This document shows, piece after piece, positions 1 to 12,028 of a stretch of 42,093 nucleotides of DNA. Position numbers and translations under genes: made by a program. This DNA is from an uncultured Muribaculaceae bacterium. GTDB lineage: Bacteria > Bacillota_I > Bacilli_A > RF39 > UBA660. The DNA lies in assembly GCA_964536075.1 (NCBI GenBank), contig CAZHWO010000003.1:1-42093 (forward strand), in the 5' to 3' direction. The notes beneath the pieces are model-generated. The model was not told the origin of the DNA, made no database searches, and saw only the letters and a program-made list of their open reading frames with translations. Within the stretch, counting starts at the first letter, position 1. Each line of letters starts with the position of its first letter.

Positions 1-73
1 TAATTTTTTCTTCCATATTATCATCTTCCTTACTATTATTATAAAATAAAAAGAGCTAATTTGTTAGCCCTAA

Positions 74-289
74 TTAAACAAAAGTCATTACTAGACATAT
101 TACAAAGAATAAAAAACCTAAGATCATCGTCATCCGGCTTATGGCTAACTCTGTTCCTCTTTCTTTTCTTTGAGCAAACAAATCGGAGTTTCCTCCTGAT
201 ATTATTTGCGAAGCTGATTCAGCTTTATTACTCTGTAATAAAACAATAACAATCAACAGTATTGATATAACTAATAAAAATGTTTTCAT
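74..289 (-). CDS. secG: preprotein translocase subunit SecG
   Basis: 71-aa protein with two hydrophobic helices separated by a Gly/Ser-rich loop (QIISGGNSDLF). It lies directly downstream of eno, as in Bacillus. SD ACGGAGG precedes the ATG. Confidence 0.8.
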   Translation of the reverse strand: MKTFLLVISILLIVIVLLQSNKAESASQIISGGNSDLFAQRKERGTELAISRMTMILGFLFFVICLVMTFV

Positions 290-346
290 CTAACATGCCT
301 CCGTTTTGTAATAATATCTTACCATAAAATCTTTTTTTTGTATAGG

Positions 347-1573
347 TTAATCTTTTAATTGCTCCTCTATTCTTAATAATTGATTATATTTAGCATTTCT
401 CTCCATTCTTGATAAAGAGCCTGTTTTGATCTGACCTAAATTTAAACCAACGGCTAAATCAGCTATAAATGTTTCATCCGTTTCCCCACTGCGATGAGAA
501 ATAATGGTCTGATAGCCATGTTTTTTAGCTAAATTAATAGTTTCCCAAGTCTCAGTAATTGTTCCAATCTGATTAGCTTTAATTATTATAGCATTACCAG
601 CTCCTAAATTAATGCCTTTTTCTAATAACTCTTTATTTGTTACAAACAAGTCATCACCAACAATCTGGATTTTATCACCTAATCGCCTAGTTAACTTCGC
701 AAATCCTTCAAAATCATTTTCCACAAGTCCATCTTCAATAGAAATGATTGGATATTTTTTAACTAACTTTTCATAATAATTAATCATTTCATCAGTGGTA
801 TATGTTTTTCCTTCCAATAGATAACATTTTTGCTCTTCATTAAAGAAAGTACTAGCTGCTACATCAAGAGCTAAAAAAACATCTTGGCCAGCCTTATAGC
901 CAGCCTTATTAATAGCTTGGAGAATAAAAGCTAAAGCTTCTTCCGTTGTTTTTAAATTAGGCGCAAATCCACCCTCATCACCAACGTTTGTATTATATTT
1001 ATGTTCTTGCAAAACTTTCTTTAAGTTATGAAAAATTTCTACCCCAGCCCTTATTCTTTCATGAAAAACTGCTTGTTTAGGAATAATCATAAATTCCTGG
1101 AAAGCTAACTCATTATCGGCATGAAGACCACCATTTAAGATATTCATCATTGGATATGGTAATTCCTTACCTTTACCGACATATTTATATAGTGGTTTAT
1201 TTTTTGATAAAGCAGCGGCCTTTAGGCAAGCTAAGGAAACCCCTAATAATGCATTAGCACCCAAGCGACTTTTATTAGGCGTTCCATCTAATTTAATTAA
1301 AAGTTCATCAATCACTTTTTGTTTAGTAACATCCATTCCTACCAATTGATCTTTAATAATGGTATTCACATTATTTACCGCTTTTAAAACCCCTTTACCT
1401 GAATAACGGTTATCACCATCACGAAGCTCCCATGCTTCATTAATGCCTGTTGAAGCCCCACTTGGGACACTAGCTCTACCGATAAGACCCTTTTTTAATA
1501 TCACATCAACTTCAATTGTCGGGTTACCTCTAGAATCCAATATTTCTCTAGCCTTTATATCCTTTATTTTCAT
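347..1573 (-). CDS. eno: enolase (phosphopyruvate hydratase)
   Basis: 408 aa. Enolase signatures are present: [23 protein letters not shown], the metal-ligand contexts DVAAS / SIEDG / [23 protein letters not shown] and [20 protein letters not shown] lies upstream of the ATG. Confidence 0.95.
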   Translation of the reverse strand: MKIKDIKAREILDSRGNPTIEVDVILKKGLIGRASVPSGASTGINEAWELRDGDNRYSGKGVLKAVNNVNTIIKDQLVGMDVTKQKVIDELLIKLDGTPNKSRLGANALLGVSLACLKAAALSKNKPLYKYVGKGKELPYPMMNILNGGLHADNELAFQEFMIIPKQAVFHERIRAGVEIFHNLKKVLQEHKYNTNVGDEGGFAPNLKTTEEALAFILQAINKAGYKAGQDVFLALDVAASTFFNEEQKCYLLEGKTYTTDEMINYYEKLVKKYPIISIEDGLVENDFEGFAKLTRRLGDKIQIVGDDLFVTNKELLEKGINLGAGNAIIIKANQIGTITETWETINLAKKHGYQTIISHRSGETDETFIADLAVGLNLGQIKTGSLSRMERNAKYNQLLRIEEQLKD

Positions 1574-1599
1574 ATTTTATCCTCCCGGTTTATACACTA

Positions 1600-1628
1600 A
1601 TTATACAACAATTTACTATTACTATCAA
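1600..1628 (-). promoter_or_regulatory. sigma-A type promoter for eno (TTGATA-17 nt-TATAAT)
   Basis: On the minus strand, TTGATA (1628..1623), an exact 17-nt spacer, then TATAAT (1605..1600), about 25 nt upstream of the eno start. Confidence 0.6.
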
Positions 1629-1637
1629 TAAAAGATA

Positions 1638-1646
1638 TGTTATAAT
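1638..1646 (+). promoter_or_regulatory. extended -10 promoter element (TGTTATAAT) for the FemAB-like gene
   Basis: Perfect TGnTATAAT at 1638..1646, 22 nt upstream of SD GAAGGTGGA and the ATG at 1669. It is divergent from the eno promoter. Confidence 0.55.
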
Positions 1647-1668
1647 GATTAATGAAGGTGGATAGACT

Positions 1669-2913
1669 ATGAAAATAATAACCCTTACTAAGGATCGCTT
1701 TAATGATTTTGCGCTAAACCATCCGTACGCCAGTTTTTATCAGACATCCTCTTATGGTGATGTAATGAGTCATTTTGGTTTTATCCCTAACTACTTAGGT
1801 TTTTTAGATGACGCCGGTAATTTAGTGGGAGCCTCTCTCATTTTATTTAAAAAGGCTTTTTTTAATTATAAATATGCCTATGCTCCTAGAGGTTTTCTTA
1901 TTGATTATAAAGATTTTGGGCAATTTAGAGATTTTACGAAAGAATTAAAACGTCTACTATTAAAACAAAATTTTTTATTCATAACTATCGATCCCCTTAT
2001 TCCTTGTACCAAAAGAAATAAAAACGGTGAGATAATCTCAGTTAACAATAACATTAATGACATTTTATCTTCTTTAAAACAAAATAACTACATTCACTAT
2101 GGTTTTAATAATTATTTCGAAACCTTAAAACCAAGATGGAATGCTTTTATTGAGTATAGTGAGACAGAAGAAGAATTATTTAAAAAATTTGATAAACCAA
2201 CACGAAATAAAATTAAAAAAGCAATTCGCATGGGTGTTGAAATTATTAAAGATGAAAATAATGATATAGAAAAAATTTACGACTACTTAAAAATAAAGTA
2301 TAATCGTAGGAATTTACATTATTATAATTATTTAAAAGAAAGCTTCAAGGATAATTTAGAAGTTTACTATAATTTTTTAAATACCGCCAATATGTTGAAA
2401 AACGCTAAATCAGTCTATGAACAAGAATTAGCAAAAAATGAGTATCTTAATAATAAAATTATGCAGCATAACCATCCCCAAACCATTAATGAAAAAATAA
2501 ATTCCGACAAAATGTTAAACAAATATAAAAAGGAATTAATTGAAGCCACTAGATTAGCTGCGGAAAATCCCAATGGTTTGATTATTGGCGGTGGTATCTT
2601 TATTAAACATCTACGAACTATTAACTTACTTATTGAAGGATATAATCCTAAATATGGTCGTTTAAATTCTAATCATTTATTAAGATGGCACGTTATTCAA
2701 AAATATCGGTATGAAAATTATGACTACTTTAATTTAAATGCTATTACAGGAATTTTTAGTACTAAAAACAAACTCTATGGCTTAAATAAATCTAAATTAG
2801 GTTTTAATGCTTATGCTGTTGAATATATCGGAGAATTCAATTTAATTATTAATGATTTTATCTACCGAATTTATAAGTTAATTAAACGAAATAATAAAAT
2901 GTTAAAAAAATAA
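1669..2913 (+). CDS. FemAB-family peptidoglycan interpeptide-bridge aminoacyltransferase (FemX/MurM-like)
   Basis: 414 aa. The N-terminus (FxxFxxxHPxASFxQTSxYG ... YAPRGFLIDY) and a central Lys/Glu-rich helical insertion are typical of FemA/FemB/FemX tRNA-dependent transferases. Confidence 0.8.
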   Translation: MKIITLTKDRFNDFALNHPYASFYQTSSYGDVMSHFGFIPNYLGFLDDAGNLVGASLILFKKAFFNYKYAYAPRGFLIDYKDFGQFRDFTKELKRLLLKQNFLFITIDPLIPCTKRNKNGEIISVNNNINDILSSLKQNNYIHYGFNNYFETLKPRWNAFIEYSETEEELFKKFDKPTRNKIKKAIRMGVEIIKDENNDIEKIYDYLKIKYNRRNLHYYNYLKESFKDNLEVYYNFLNTANMLKNAKSVYEQELAKNEYLNNKIMQHNHPQTINEKINSDKMLNKYKKELIEATRLAAENPNGLIIGGGIFIKHLRTINLLIEGYNPKYGRLNSNHLLRWHVIQKYRYENYDYFNLNAITGIFSTKNKLYGLNKSKLGFNAYAVEYIGEFNLIINDFIYRIYKLIKRNNKMLKK

Positions 2914-2941
2914 AAGAAGTTCAACAATTTGAACTTCTTTT
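2912..2941. terminator. bidirectional rho-independent terminator between the convergent Fem-like gene and rpoC
   Basis: 12-bp perfect stem AAAGAAGTTCAA / TTGAACTTCTTT with a 4-nt loop (CAAT). It is flanked by an A-run on the left and a T-run on the right. Confidence 0.85.
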
Positions 2942-5900
2942 CTATTCCATAAATTCGTCTTCTAGCTTTTCAAGTGGTTCATCATCAATAAATTGAGTTG
3001 CTAAATCATAAGCTATATCACGATATTGTTTAATACCTGTTCCAGCAGGAATTAATTTACCAATGATAACATTTTCCTTTAATCCTTGAAGTCTATCCAC
3101 TTTACCTTTAATTGCTGCATCGGTTAAAATTCTCGTTGTTTCTTGGAAAGAAGCCGCTGATAAGAAGGAATCTGTTTCAAGCGAAGCTTTGGTAATACCT
3201 AATAAAATTGGTTTACCAATAGCCGGAGCTTTACCTTGAATAATGGCTTGTTTATTAGCCTCGGTAAAATCATGATAATTTGCTAGTGATCCAGTTAAAA
3301 ATTCTGTATCTCCAGACTCTAGTATACGCATTTTCGAAATCATTCTTCGCGCAATGACCTCAACGTGTTTATCGCTTATATCAACACCCTGACTACGGTA
3401 TACATACTGTACCTCTTTTAAAATATATTCTTGCGTAGCAATTGGATCAGTAACCGCTAATAATTCTTTTGGATTAATAGCACCTTCCGTTAACTTATCA
3501 CCAACCGCCACCTCATCTTTTAGGTTAACTTTTAATTTAACACCATAGTTAGAGACATGTTCCTTAGTTTCCAATTCATTAGTGATACTTATTCTAAATT
3601 TACCTGATTCCTCTTCAACCTTTGTAACCTTACCACTAATTTCGGCAATCGTGGCCTTACCTTTAGGATTACGAGCCTCAAATAATTCTTGAATACGTGG
3701 TAACCCCTGAGTAATATCTTCACCACCAGCAACACCACCTGTATGGAAGGTTCTCATTGTTAACTGTGTACCAGGTTCACCAATAGACTGAGCAGCCATA
3801 ATACCAACTGCTTCACCAATTTCGACAATGTTACCTGTTGCTAAGTTACGACCATAACATTTCTGACAAACCCCATTAACCGTATTACAAGTTAAAATAT
3901 TTCTTATCTCAACTTCTTTAATACCTGAGGCTATAATTTTTTCGGCAATTGATTCCGTAATAAGCTGCAATTTATCAACAATTAATTCTTTGCTTTCTGG
4001 ATGAATAACTTTTTTATTGGTATAACGACCAATAATCCGATCATATAATCCTTCAATTATCGAACCATTTTTCTCATTGATAAATTCTTTAACAATAACC
4101 CCCACATCGGTACCACAATCCTCTTCCTTAACAATAATATCTTGACTCACATCAACTAAACGTCTTGTTAAGTAACCAGAGTCGGCTGTTTTTAACGCTG
4201 TATCAGCACTACCTTTACGAGAACTATGCGTTGATAAGAAGAATTCTGAAACTGATAAACCTTCTTTAAAGGAAGCAATAACCGGGATTTCAATTGGATC
4301 ACCATTTGGCTTTTGCATCAACCCACGCATACCAGCCAGTTGGGTAAAGTTAGATATATTACCTCTGGCCTTCGAATTCATCATCATGAATATAGGATTA
4401 TCTAAGTCAGCCTTAGCATATGTTTCTAGTTCTTTTTGAACTCGATCTTTAACATCATACCAAGTTTCAAGTACTTTGGCATGTCTTTCTTCTTCCGTAA
4501 TTAAACCACGTTTAAAGTGCGAATTAATTTTATTAACTAATTGCTGACCTTCTTCAATAAATTGGGCTTTATGCTCACTGGTTTTAATATCAAATACCGA
4601 AACAGTAATACCCGCAATTGTTGAATATTTAAACCCTAAATCTTTAAGTTTATCAAGCATAATCGAAGTTTCAGTCGTCTTGTAACGTTTAAATATTTGC
4701 GCAATAATTTTTTCTAGATGTCCTTTAGCAAAAGGATTAACAATTGGCATATTGGCAATTGTTTCAGGGATATTAGTCCCTTTTTCTAAGAAAAATTTAT
4801 TAGGAGTAATCTTCTGAATATTTTCATCACTTGGTTCATTAATATATGGAAATGAATCTGGTAAGATTTCATTAAAGATTAATTTACCAATCGTCGTTAC
4901 TAAATACTTGCCTTTTTGACTATCCGTAAATAATTTATATTTAAAAGAATCAACTGGCACAGCTACTCTGGTATGTAATGTTAACTCTCTTCGCTCATAA
5001 GCCATGATTGCTTCACTAGAATTTTTGAATATTCTTCCTTCACCTAGTAAGCCCGGTTTTTCCATTGTTATATAGTAATTACCTAAAACCATATCTTGGC
5101 TGGGCGTAACTATTGGATCACCTGATTTAGGGTGCAAAATATTATTAGCCCCTAGCATTAATAATCTAGCTTCAGCTTGAGCTTCTTCGGAAATAGGTAC
5201 ATGAACAGCCATTTGATCACCATCAAAATCCGCATTAAAAGCTGGACATACTAATGGGTGAAGTCTGATGGCTTTACCACCAACCAATACTGGCTCAAAC
5301 GCTTGAATACCTAAACGGTGCAAAGTTGGTGCTCGATTCAATAATACCGGATGTTCTTTAATCACATCTTCTACAATATCCCAAACCAATGGATCACGAT
5401 TATCAATTAGGCGCTTTGCTGCTTTAATATTATGAGCAATATCTCTCGATACCAACCCATTAATAACATGTGGCTTAAATAATTCTAGAGCCATCTCTTT
5501 GGGAATTCCACATTGATACATTTTTAAGTTAGGCCCAACAACAATAACAGAACGACCAGAATAGTCAACACGTTTGCCTAATAAATTCTGTCTAAATCGT
5601 CCTTGCTTTCCTTTCAACATACTAGAAAGTGATTTCAAAGGACGATTTCCGGCACCAGTGACACTTCTTCCGCGTCTTCCGTTGTCAAACAGGGCGTCAA
5701 CTGCTTCCTGTAACATACGTTTTTCGTTTTGAATGATAATCCCAGGAGCCCCTAAATCAATCAGTTTTTTCAGACGATTGTTACGGTTAATAACTCGGCG
5801 GTATAAATCATTCAAATCACTTGTCGCAAAGCGACCACCATCTAATTGAATCATTGGTCTTAACTCTGGTGGGATAACAGGGACAACATCCATAATCATC

Positions 5901-6574
5901 CATTCGGGTTTGTTACCGGATTTTTTAAAAGCATCTAAGACATCAATACGTTTTACTAAACGCGTTCTTTTTTGTCCTTGAGCTGTTTCTAATTCTTTGT
6001 TAATTTCAGTAATCTCTTTATCAAGATCTACTTTTTTTAGTAACTCTTTTATGGCCTCAGCTCCCATACCGACTTTAAAACCATTACCATATTTTTCATA
6101 ATATTGACGATATTCTTTTTCGGATAAGGTTTGCTTGTTTTCTAGTGGAGCGATACCTTTGTCAATTACTACATATGATACAAAATATAATACTTCCTCT
6201 AAATCTCTGGGACTCATATCTAGTACTAAACCCATACGTGATGGTACTCCTTTAAAGAACCAAATATGCGAAACGGGCGTTGCTAACTCAATATGACCCA
6301 TTCTTTCACGACGAACTTTTGACCTCGTTACTTCAACTCCACAACGGTCACAAATAATATTTTTATATCTTACTCGTTTATATTTACCACAGGCACATTC
6401 AAAATCTTTGGTAGGTCCAAAAATCTTTTCGCAGAATAAGCCATCTCTTTCTGGCCTTAGTGTACGATAATTAATCGTTTCTGGTTTTTTTACTTCACCA
6501 TATGACCATTCACGTATTTTTTCTGGAGATGCTATACCAATTCTTAAAGCTTCAAATTTATCCACTTGTATCAT
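2942..6574 (-). CDS. rpoC: DNA-directed RNA polymerase subunit beta-prime
   Basis: 1210 aa. It carries the N-terminal Zn-ribbon [23 protein letters not shown] and the catalytic [12 protein letters not shown] motif. Its ATG overlaps the rpoB stop (TAATG). Confidence 0.99.
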   Translation of the reverse strand: MIQVDKFEALRIGIASPEKIREWSYGEVKKPETINYRTLRPERDGLFCEKIFGPTKDFECACGKYKRVRYKNIICDRCGVEVTRSKVRRERMGHIELATPVSHIWFFKGVPSRMGLVLDMSPRDLEEVLYFVSYVVIDKGIAPLENKQTLSEKEYRQYYEKYGNGFKVGMGAEAIKELLKKVDLDKEITEINKELETAQGQKRTRLVKRIDVLDAFKKSGNKPEWMIMDVVPVIPPELRPMIQLDGGRFATSDLNDLYRRVINRNNRLKKLIDLGAPGIIIQNEKRMLQEAVDALFDNGRRGRSVTGAGNRPLKSLSSMLKGKQGRFRQNLLGKRVDYSGRSVIVVGPNLKMYQCGIPKEMALELFKPHVINGLVSRDIAHNIKAAKRLIDNRDPLVWDIVEDVIKEHPVLLNRAPTLHRLGIQAFEPVLVGGKAIRLHPLVCPAFNADFDGDQMAVHVPISEEAQAEARLLMLGANNILHPKSGDPIVTPSQDMVLGNYYITMEKPGLLGEGRIFKNSSEAIMAYERRELTLHTRVAVPVDSFKYKLFTDSQKGKYLVTTIGKLIFNEILPDSFPYINEPSDENIQKITPNKFFLEKGTNIPETIANMPIVNPFAKGHLEKIIAQIFKRYKTTETSIMLDKLKDLGFKYSTIAGITVSVFDIKTSEHKAQFIEEGQQLVNKINSHFKRGLITEEERHAKVLETWYDVKDRVQKELETYAKADLDNPIFMMMNSKARGNISNFTQLAGMRGLMQKPNGDPIEIPVIASFKEGLSVSEFFLSTHSSRKGSADTALKTADSGYLTRRLVDVSQDIIVKEEDCGTDVGVIVKEFINEKNGSIIEGLYDRIIGRYTNKKVIHPESKELIVDKLQLITESIAEKIIASGIKEVEIRNILTCNTVNGVCQKCYGRNLATGNIVEIGEAVGIMAAQSIGEPGTQLTMRTFHTGGVAGGEDITQGLPRIQELFEARNPKGKATIAEISGKVTKVEEESGKFRISITNELETKEHVSNYGVKLKVNLKDEVAVGDKLTEGAINPKELLAVTDPIATQEYILKEVQYVYRSQGVDISDKHVEVIARRMISKMRILESGDTEFLTGSLANYHDFTEANKQAIIQGKAPAIGKPILLGITKASLETDSFLSAASFQETTRILTDAAIKGKVDRLQGLKENVIIGKLIPAGTGIKQYRDIAYDLATQFIDDEPLEKLEDEFME

Positions 6575-9500
6575 TAGTTCTCATCTCCTTCCATATCAAA
6601 ATTGAGATCTTCTTCATCAAATTCACCATATTGATCCTCTTCTTCTTCATCCTCAGCTAAAGAATCAACCGTTGAATCATCAACTGCTAATGGGAGATCT
6701 TCTAATTCTTCAATAGAAACCTTGATGTCCTCTTTATATTCATCTTCTTCCATTTCTTTCATGTCTAATTCAACACCATCATTATTTATAATGGAAATAT
6801 TTAAACCTAAGGCTTGGAATTCTTTCATCAATACTCTAAATGATTCAGGAACCCCGGCTTGATTAATTTGATTTCCTTTAACTAATGCCTCATATACTTT
6901 AACTCTTCCAATGACATCATCAGATTTAATAGTCATTATTTCTTGTAAAGTATGTGCAGCACCATAAGCATATAATGCCCATACTTCCATTTCTCCAAAT
7001 CTTTGACCACCAAATTGAGCTTTACCACCCAGAGGTTGTTGAGTTACCAAGGAATAAGGTCCAGTACTTCTAGCATGAAGTTTATCATCAACCATGTGAT
7101 GTAATTTAATCATATACATAACGCCAACAGTTATTCGACTTTCAAAAGGTTCACCTGTACGTCCATTATAAAGAACTGTTTTCCCATCTGGTTCAATCTT
7201 CGCCTCAGCCATCATTTCTTGAATATCCCCTAACTTAGCCCCATCAAATACTGGAGTAGCTATATGAACATTCAGTTCTTTAGCTGCCATTCCCAAATGT
7301 AACTCTAGAATTTGACCAATATTCATACGTGATGGAACACCTTGTGGATTAAGAACAATATCTACTGAGCGGCCATCTGGTAAATAAGGCATATCTTCTT
7401 CTGGTAGTATTAATGAAATAACCCCTTTATTACCATGACGACCAGCCATTTTGTCACCAACTTGGATTTTACGTTTTTGGGCAATATAAACCCTTATAAC
7501 TTTACTAACTCCCGCCGGTAATTCGTCATTTTCTTTACGTGAATATATTTTAACATCGTGGACAATACCATCGCCACCATGGGGAACACGTAAAGATGTA
7601 TCACGAACTTCACGCGTTTTTTCACCAAAAATAGCGTGTAATAATTTTTCTTCACTTGTAAGTTCGGCCATTCCTTTTGGTGTTACTTTACCAACAAGAA
7701 TGTCGCCTTCTTTAACTTCCGTTCCAATAATAACAATTCCGTTTTCATCAAGATTTTTTCTTGATTCCTCACTAACATTAGGAATATCTCTGGTTATTTC
7801 CTCTGGTCCTAACTTAGTTTCACGACATTGCATTTGGTAATCCTCTAAATGAATAGAAGTATAAACATCATCTTTAACTAATTTTTCATTTAAAACAACT
7901 GCATCCTCATAGTTATAACCATCAAAAGTCATAAAGGCTACTAAAACATTTTTCCCTAATGCTAACTCACCCATATCAGTTGATGGCCCATCAGCAATAA
8001 TAGTTCTATCACTAATTACTTGATCGCCTACGTGAACAATTGGTCGGTGATGCAAACAAGTATCAGCATTAGAAAGTTCAAAATTAGATAAATAATAAGT
8101 ATCTTTACCAGTTTTATTTTTTACTACTACTTTACGAGCATCAACATACTCGACAATACCATCCGCTTTAGCTACAATTACTGTACCACTATCTTTAGCC
8201 GCAATAAATTCAACACCCGTTCCAATATAAGGAGCCTCAGCCTTTAATAAAGGCACTGATTGACGTTGCATGTTAGCGCCCATTAAAGCTCGAGTTGCAT
8301 CATCATGCTCTAAGAATGGAATAATACTGGTTGTAATAGATACAACTTCCTGAGGTGATACATCAATATAATCAACTCTTTCTGGACTGATTAAAATGTT
8401 TTCTCCTCTATAACGAGCTGCAACTTCTTTATCAAGAATAACATTATTTTCATCAGTATTAACAGTCGCTTGCGAAATAACAAGATCTTCTTCTTCATCG
8501 GCTGTGAAATATTCAACAATATCCGTTATTTTACAATCTTCTACCTTTCGATATGGCGTTTTAATAAAACCATAATCATCAATTTTAGCATAACTAGCTA
8601 AAGAGGTAATTAACCCAATATTTGGTCCTTCTGGTGATTCAATTGGACAAATACGTCCATAGTGAGAAGTATTAACATCACGCACTTCCATACCAGCTCT
8701 ATCCCTTGATAAACCACCAGGTCCCAGTGCTGATAAACGTCTTTTGTTAGTTAACTCAGCAATAGGATTAGTTTGATCCATAAATTGAGATAATTGACTA
8801 CTACCAAAAAATTCTTTCATTACAGCTGTTACTGGACGAATATTAATAAGCGTCTTAGGCGTTACTTCTTCCATTTCTTGAGTTGTCATTCTTTCACGAA
8901 TTACTCTTTCCATTCGTGAAATACCAATTCTAAATTGATTTTGTAATAATTCCCCTACTTGACGAACCCGTCTATTACCTAGATGGTCTATTTCATCAAA
9001 ATTACCGATACCATCTAATAAATTTAAATAATAAGAAACTGCTGCGTAAACATCCGAAATAGTTAAACGCTTAACATCAATAGTTTGATCATTACCAATT
9101 AAGATTATCTTTTCTTTCTTGTTAGCTGGATTTAAAATCTTAACCTCTTGGACCTTATTATAATTATCTAGGTCTTCATTAACAGTTAACTCTTTAACTC
9201 CATAACCGGCTGCAAATATAGGTTTTAAAGTATCAATTATTTCTTTAGTTACTATAGTTCCCTTTTCAACAATTACTTGACCATTAACTTTAATATCTTC
9301 AGCCAAAGTCTGATTTAATAAACGTTCCAGAACATTTAACTTACGATTAAATTTATAACGACCAACCTTAGCTAAATCATATCTAAATTTATCAAAAAAT
9401 CTAGTAATAATTTGGTTTTTAGAACTATCTAAGGTAGCTGGTTCTCCTGGTCTTAATTTCTCATAAATTTCAATTAAAGCTTCGTCGGTATTACGAGTTG

Positions 9501-10173
9501 AATCTTTTGCTAGAGTATTCTCAATAAATTTACTAGTACCAAATACTTTAATAATATCTTCGTTACTAGATAAACCAAAAGCCCTTAATAAAGTCGTTAA
9601 GGTTACTTTTCTGGTTCTATCTATTCTTACATATAAAACATCCCTAGCATCTGTTTCAAATTCTAGCCAAGTTCCTCGCGTTGGAATAATCTGAGAAGTA
9701 ATAACAGCACGACCATTTTTATCGATTTCACGATTAAAATACACACTTGGTGATCTTACCAATTGTGATACAATAACTCGCTCTGCTCCATTAACAACAA
9801 AAGTTCCACTTTCTGTCATTACTGGCATATCGCCTAAAAATATTTCCTGCTCTTTTACTTCTCCGGTTTCGTTATTGAATAATCTTACTTCAACCTTTAA
9901 AGGAGCTGCAAAAGTTGTCTCACGATCTTTACTCTCTTTTATTGAATATCTTGGCTCATCAAAATGATAATCGCCAAATTCTAAAGATAGTGTCCCAGAA
10001 AAATTTTCAACGGGGAATAACTCTTCAAAAACTTCCTTTATACCAACCTCTACAAACCATTGGTACGATTTTTTTTGGATTTCTAATAAATCCCTAAGTT
10101 CATAAGTATTTCTAATCTTAGAAAAACTTCTTCTTTGACGGTGGTCACCACAATTAATTATCTTATATGCCAC
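6574..10173 (-). CDS. rpoB: DNA-directed RNA polymerase subunit beta
   Basis: 1199 aa. Motifs include GDHRQRRSF near the N-terminus, NMQRQSVPL and AGRHGNKGV, with an acidic C-terminal tail. It has a GTG start preceded by SD GGGGTGA. Confidence 0.99.
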   Translation of the reverse strand: MAYKIINCGDHRQRRSFSKIRNTYELRDLLEIQKKSYQWFVEVGIKEVFEELFPVENFSGTLSLEFGDYHFDEPRYSIKESKDRETTFAAPLKVEVRLFNNETGEVKEQEIFLGDMPVMTESGTFVVNGAERVIVSQLVRSPSVYFNREIDKNGRAVITSQIIPTRGTWLEFETDARDVLYVRIDRTRKVTLTTLLRAFGLSSNEDIIKVFGTSKFIENTLAKDSTRNTDEALIEIYEKLRPGEPATLDSSKNQIITRFFDKFRYDLAKVGRYKFNRKLNVLERLLNQTLAEDIKVNGQVIVEKGTIVTKEIIDTLKPIFAAGYGVKELTVNEDLDNYNKVQEVKILNPANKKEKIILIGNDQTIDVKRLTISDVYAAVSYYLNLLDGIGNFDEIDHLGNRRVRQVGELLQNQFRIGISRMERVIRERMTTQEMEEVTPKTLINIRPVTAVMKEFFGSSQLSQFMDQTNPIAELTNKRRLSALGPGGLSRDRAGMEVRDVNTSHYGRICPIESPEGPNIGLITSLASYAKIDDYGFIKTPYRKVEDCKITDIVEYFTADEEEDLVISQATVNTDENNVILDKEVAARYRGENILISPERVDYIDVSPQEVVSITTSIIPFLEHDDATRALMGANMQRQSVPLLKAEAPYIGTGVEFIAAKDSGTVIVAKADGIVEYVDARKVVVKNKTGKDTYYLSNFELSNADTCLHHRPIVHVGDQVISDRTIIADGPSTDMGELALGKNVLVAFMTFDGYNYEDAVVLNEKLVKDDVYTSIHLEDYQMQCRETKLGPEEITRDIPNVSEESRKNLDENGIVIIGTEVKEGDILVGKVTPKGMAELTSEEKLLHAIFGEKTREVRDTSLRVPHGGDGIVHDVKIYSRKENDELPAGVSKVIRVYIAQKRKIQVGDKMAGRHGNKGVISLILPEEDMPYLPDGRSVDIVLNPQGVPSRMNIGQILELHLGMAAKELNVHIATPVFDGAKLGDIQEMMAEAKIEPDGKTVLYNGRTGEPFESRITVGVMYMIKLHHMVDDKLHARSTGPYSLVTQQPLGGKAQFGGQRFGEMEVWALYAYGAAHTLQEIMTIKSDDVIGRVKVYEALVKGNQINQAGVPESFRVLMKEFQALGLNISIINNDGVELDMKEMEEDEYKEDIKVSIEELEDLPLAVDDSTVDSLAEDEEEEDQYGEFDEEDLNFDMEGDEN

Positions 10174-10245
10174 TAAATTTCACCCCTATACCATATTTTA
10201 AAAAATCAAAGAACATATTTTATGCTAATACGTTGCCAACTTATA

Positions 10246-10274
10246 TTATTAACATAAATTTGGCAACAAGTCAA
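10246..10274 (-). promoter_or_regulatory. candidate promoter for rpoBC (TTGACT-17 nt-TAATAA with upstream TG)
   Basis: On the minus strand, TTGACT (10274..10269) abuts the stop codon of the upstream methyltransferase. A 17-nt spacer follows, then TGTTAATAA ending at 10246. Confidence 0.5.
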
Positions 10275-10859
10275 TCAAAAAGTGCATTCAATTATAAAAA
10301 AACCTTTATTTTTATCTAAAACATTAACATTATACACTTCTTCTAAGTCGTTTATTAACGATTTAGCACCTTGCTCTTTTCTAACTACTAAAAATAATTT
10401 ACCATCCTTTTCTAAGTAATTCTTAGCTTTCATCAGTATTTCATATACTATTTTTTTACCGGCTCTTATCGGTGGATTGGTAACTATATAATTATATTTC
10501 TCAGTTATATTACTATAACAATCACTTTCAAAACAAGAAGCATTAGTGAGATTATTCTCTTTAATATTCATCTTGGTTAAATGAAGCGCTCGTTTATTGA
10601 TATCAATTAATTCGACCTGACAAGATGTTAATTTAGCAATAACAATACCAATTACCCCATAACCACAGCCAACATCTAAAACGCGACCATGAAATTTATA
10701 AATTCCAATAACTTCAAGTAATAATCTTGTTCCAAAGTCAATCTTTTTCTTAGCAAAAACCCCATTATCAGTATTAAAAATAAACTTCTTATTTAGGATC
10801 ATTACCTCGTTTTTTTGAACATTACTCTTCAAATCGTCATTAGTAAAATAATGACTCAC
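10275..10859 (-). CDS. class I SAM-dependent methyltransferase, RsmC/YbxB-like
   Basis: 194 aa. It has SAM motif I (VLDVGCGYGVIG) and an NPPxxxG motif (VTNPPIRAGK). It occupies the same rplL-rpoB position as B. subtilis ybxB. GTG start after SD GGGGTGAT. Confidence 0.85.
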   Translation of the reverse strand: MSHYFTNDDLKSNVQKNEVMILNKKFIFNTDNGVFAKKKIDFGTRLLLEVIGIYKFHGRVLDVGCGYGVIGIVIAKLTSCQVELIDINKRALHLTKMNIKENNLTNASCFESDCYSNITEKYNYIVTNPPIRAGKKIVYEILMKAKNYLEKDGKLFLVVRKEQGAKSLINDLEEVYNVNVLDKNKGFFIIECTF

Positions 10860-10880
10860 ACTTTATCACCCCTTAAGATA

Positions 10881-10919
10881 ATAAAAGAGTTTACTATAAA
10901 TTAATATATAGTAAACTCC
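10881..10919 (-). terminator. rho-independent terminator after rplL
   Basis: 12-bp perfect stem GAGTTTACTATA / TATAGTAAACTC with an 8-nt loop, followed on the minus strand by TTTTATTATC. Confidence 0.8.
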
Positions 10920-10974
10920 TTTCTTCGTATTCATATAATACTACATTAAGTAAATAAAATCAATCTTTTTCGAA

Positions 10975-11346
10975 TTATTTTACTTCTACTGTTGCGCCAG
11001 CTTCTTCAAGTTTCGCTTTAATTTCATTAGCTTCATCAACTGAAATGTTTTCTTTAACAGCGCCACCGTTATCAGCAATATCCTTAGATTCTTTTAATCC
11101 TAAGCCAGTGATATCACGAACTACTTTAATTACATTAATTTTTGCATCACCAGCACTTACTAATGTAACAGTAACACTAGATGGACCTTCTTCACTTTCA
11201 CTAGCCGCTACTGGTGAAGCAGCCATTGCTATAGCACTTGGATCTACTCCAAATTCCTCTTTCATTGCGTCAACTAATTCTTTTATTTCTAAAAGAGTCA
11301 TTTCTTTTAAAGAACTAATAAATTCTTCTTTGGTAATCTTTGCCAT
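10975..11346 (-). CDS. rplL: 50S ribosomal protein L7/L12
   Basis: 123 aa with an Ala-rich hinge and the C-terminal domain KINVIKVVRDITGLGLKESKD ... KAKLEEAGATVEVK. Confidence 0.98.
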   Translation of the reverse strand: MAKITKEEFISSLKEMTLLEIKELVDAMKEEFGVDPSAIAMAASPVAASESEEGPSSVTVTLVSAGDAKINVIKVVRDITGLGLKESKDIADNGGAVKENISVDEANEIKAKLEEAGATVEVK

Positions 11347-11360
11347 TTTAATTTTCCTCC

Positions 11361-11855
11361 TTAATTATTTTCTCTTTCTTCAGCATAAAGATTTAAACAT
11401 ATCGATAAATCTCTTACTATTTGAATCATTCCACCAGCAAGCATTGTTAGTAATCCTTCTCTCGATGGTAAAATTGCTAATTGAGCTAGCACTTCTTTAT
11501 CAGACACATTGCCATCAACAATTCCTACTTTCAATTCTAATACCGGATGTTTTTTTGCAAAGTCGGCTAAAATTTTAACTGCTGCTATTTGATCAGTACT
11601 AAAAGCCATCGCACTTGGACCAACTAAATGTTCAGCAACATCAATTTTTAAGTCATTCATTGCTCTAACCATTAAAGTATTCTTATACACTTTATAGTCA
11701 GCATTATTGTTTCTTAGACTTTTTCTTAGTTCCTTAGCTTCATTATCGGTTAAACCGCGATAATTAAAAAGAATGATACTTGCTGCCGCTTTTACTTGAT
11801 CTTTAATCTCTTCAATTACTTTTTGCTTGGCATCTAAGATTTTTTCACTTGCCAT
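11361..11855 (-). CDS. rplJ: 50S ribosomal protein L10
   Basis: 164 aa. The sequence is typical of L10 (YRGLTDNEAKELRKSLR ... VYKNTL). It lies immediately upstream of rplL. SD AGGAGGAG. Confidence 0.97.
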   Translation of the reverse strand: MASEKILDAKQKVIEEIKDQVKAAASIILFNYRGLTDNEAKELRKSLRNNNADYKVYKNTLMVRAMNDLKIDVAEHLVGPSAMAFSTDQIAAVKILADFAKKHPVLELKVGIVDGNVSDKEVLAQLAILPSREGLLTMLAGGMIQIVRDLSICLNLYAEERENN

Positions 11856-11993
11856 AAAACTCCTCCTATTTTTTTATTTGAAAAGGCCATAAAAAAGTCC
11901 TTATATATGCATACAAGGACCCCTTAAATATTTTAAGTTCAAGTCCTCGGTAGGATTTACTTTTATACCTACTGTCTATGGCACTCACAAATT
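11856..11993 (-). promoter_or_regulatory. ribosomal protein L10 leader (autoregulatory 5' UTR of rplJL)
   Basis: A ~138-nt untranslated leader lies between a perfect promoter and rplJ. It contains the stem GTAGG...CCTAC and a terminator-like hairpin. Its position and architecture match the Firmicute L10 leader (Rfam RF00557). No covariance model was run. Confidence 0.6.
11891..11920 (-). terminator. attenuator terminator inside the L10 leader
   Basis: On the minus strand, GTCCTT-12 nt-AAGGAC followed by TTTTTT, about 35 nt upstream of the rplJ start. Confidence 0.55.
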
Positions 11994-11999
11994 AACTAA

Positions 12000-12028
12000 A
12001 TTATAATATATTTTTTTTTATTTGTCAA
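12000..12028 (-). promoter_or_regulatory. consensus sigma-A promoter for rplJL (TTGACA-17 nt-TATAAT)
   Basis: Perfect TTGACA (12028..12023, overlapping the last codons of rplA), an exact 17-nt spacer, and perfect TATAAT (12005..12000). Confidence 0.75.

Noticed and set aside
1-16. Possible start of another minus-strand gene (ATG at 16..14 after AAGGAAG, reading MEEKI...) running off the left edge
   Set aside because: Only five codons are visible, so it cannot be identified or confirmed.
347-1573. Enolase is ~20 aa shorter than typical and has SGETDE / GSLSRMER instead of SGETED / GAPCRSER
   Set aside because: All catalytic and metal-binding residue contexts are present (Asp/Glu/Asp ligands, the two catalytic Lys, and His-Arg-Ser). 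The differences look like ordinary lineage divergence rather than a pseudogene or paralogue.
6574-6760. Highly acidic C-terminal tail of RpoB ([25 protein letters not shown])
   Set aside because: Acidic C-terminal tails of variable length are common in Firmicute RpoB. Nothing indicates a fused domain or a separate ORF.
11045-11578. 177-aa plus-strand ORF, long for an AT-rich genome
   Set aside because: It is exactly antisense to rplL and rplJ. The open antisense frame is a by-product of their GCN/GAA-rich codon usage. It has no SD or promoter, and the product is low-complexity Ser/Leu/Ile-rich.
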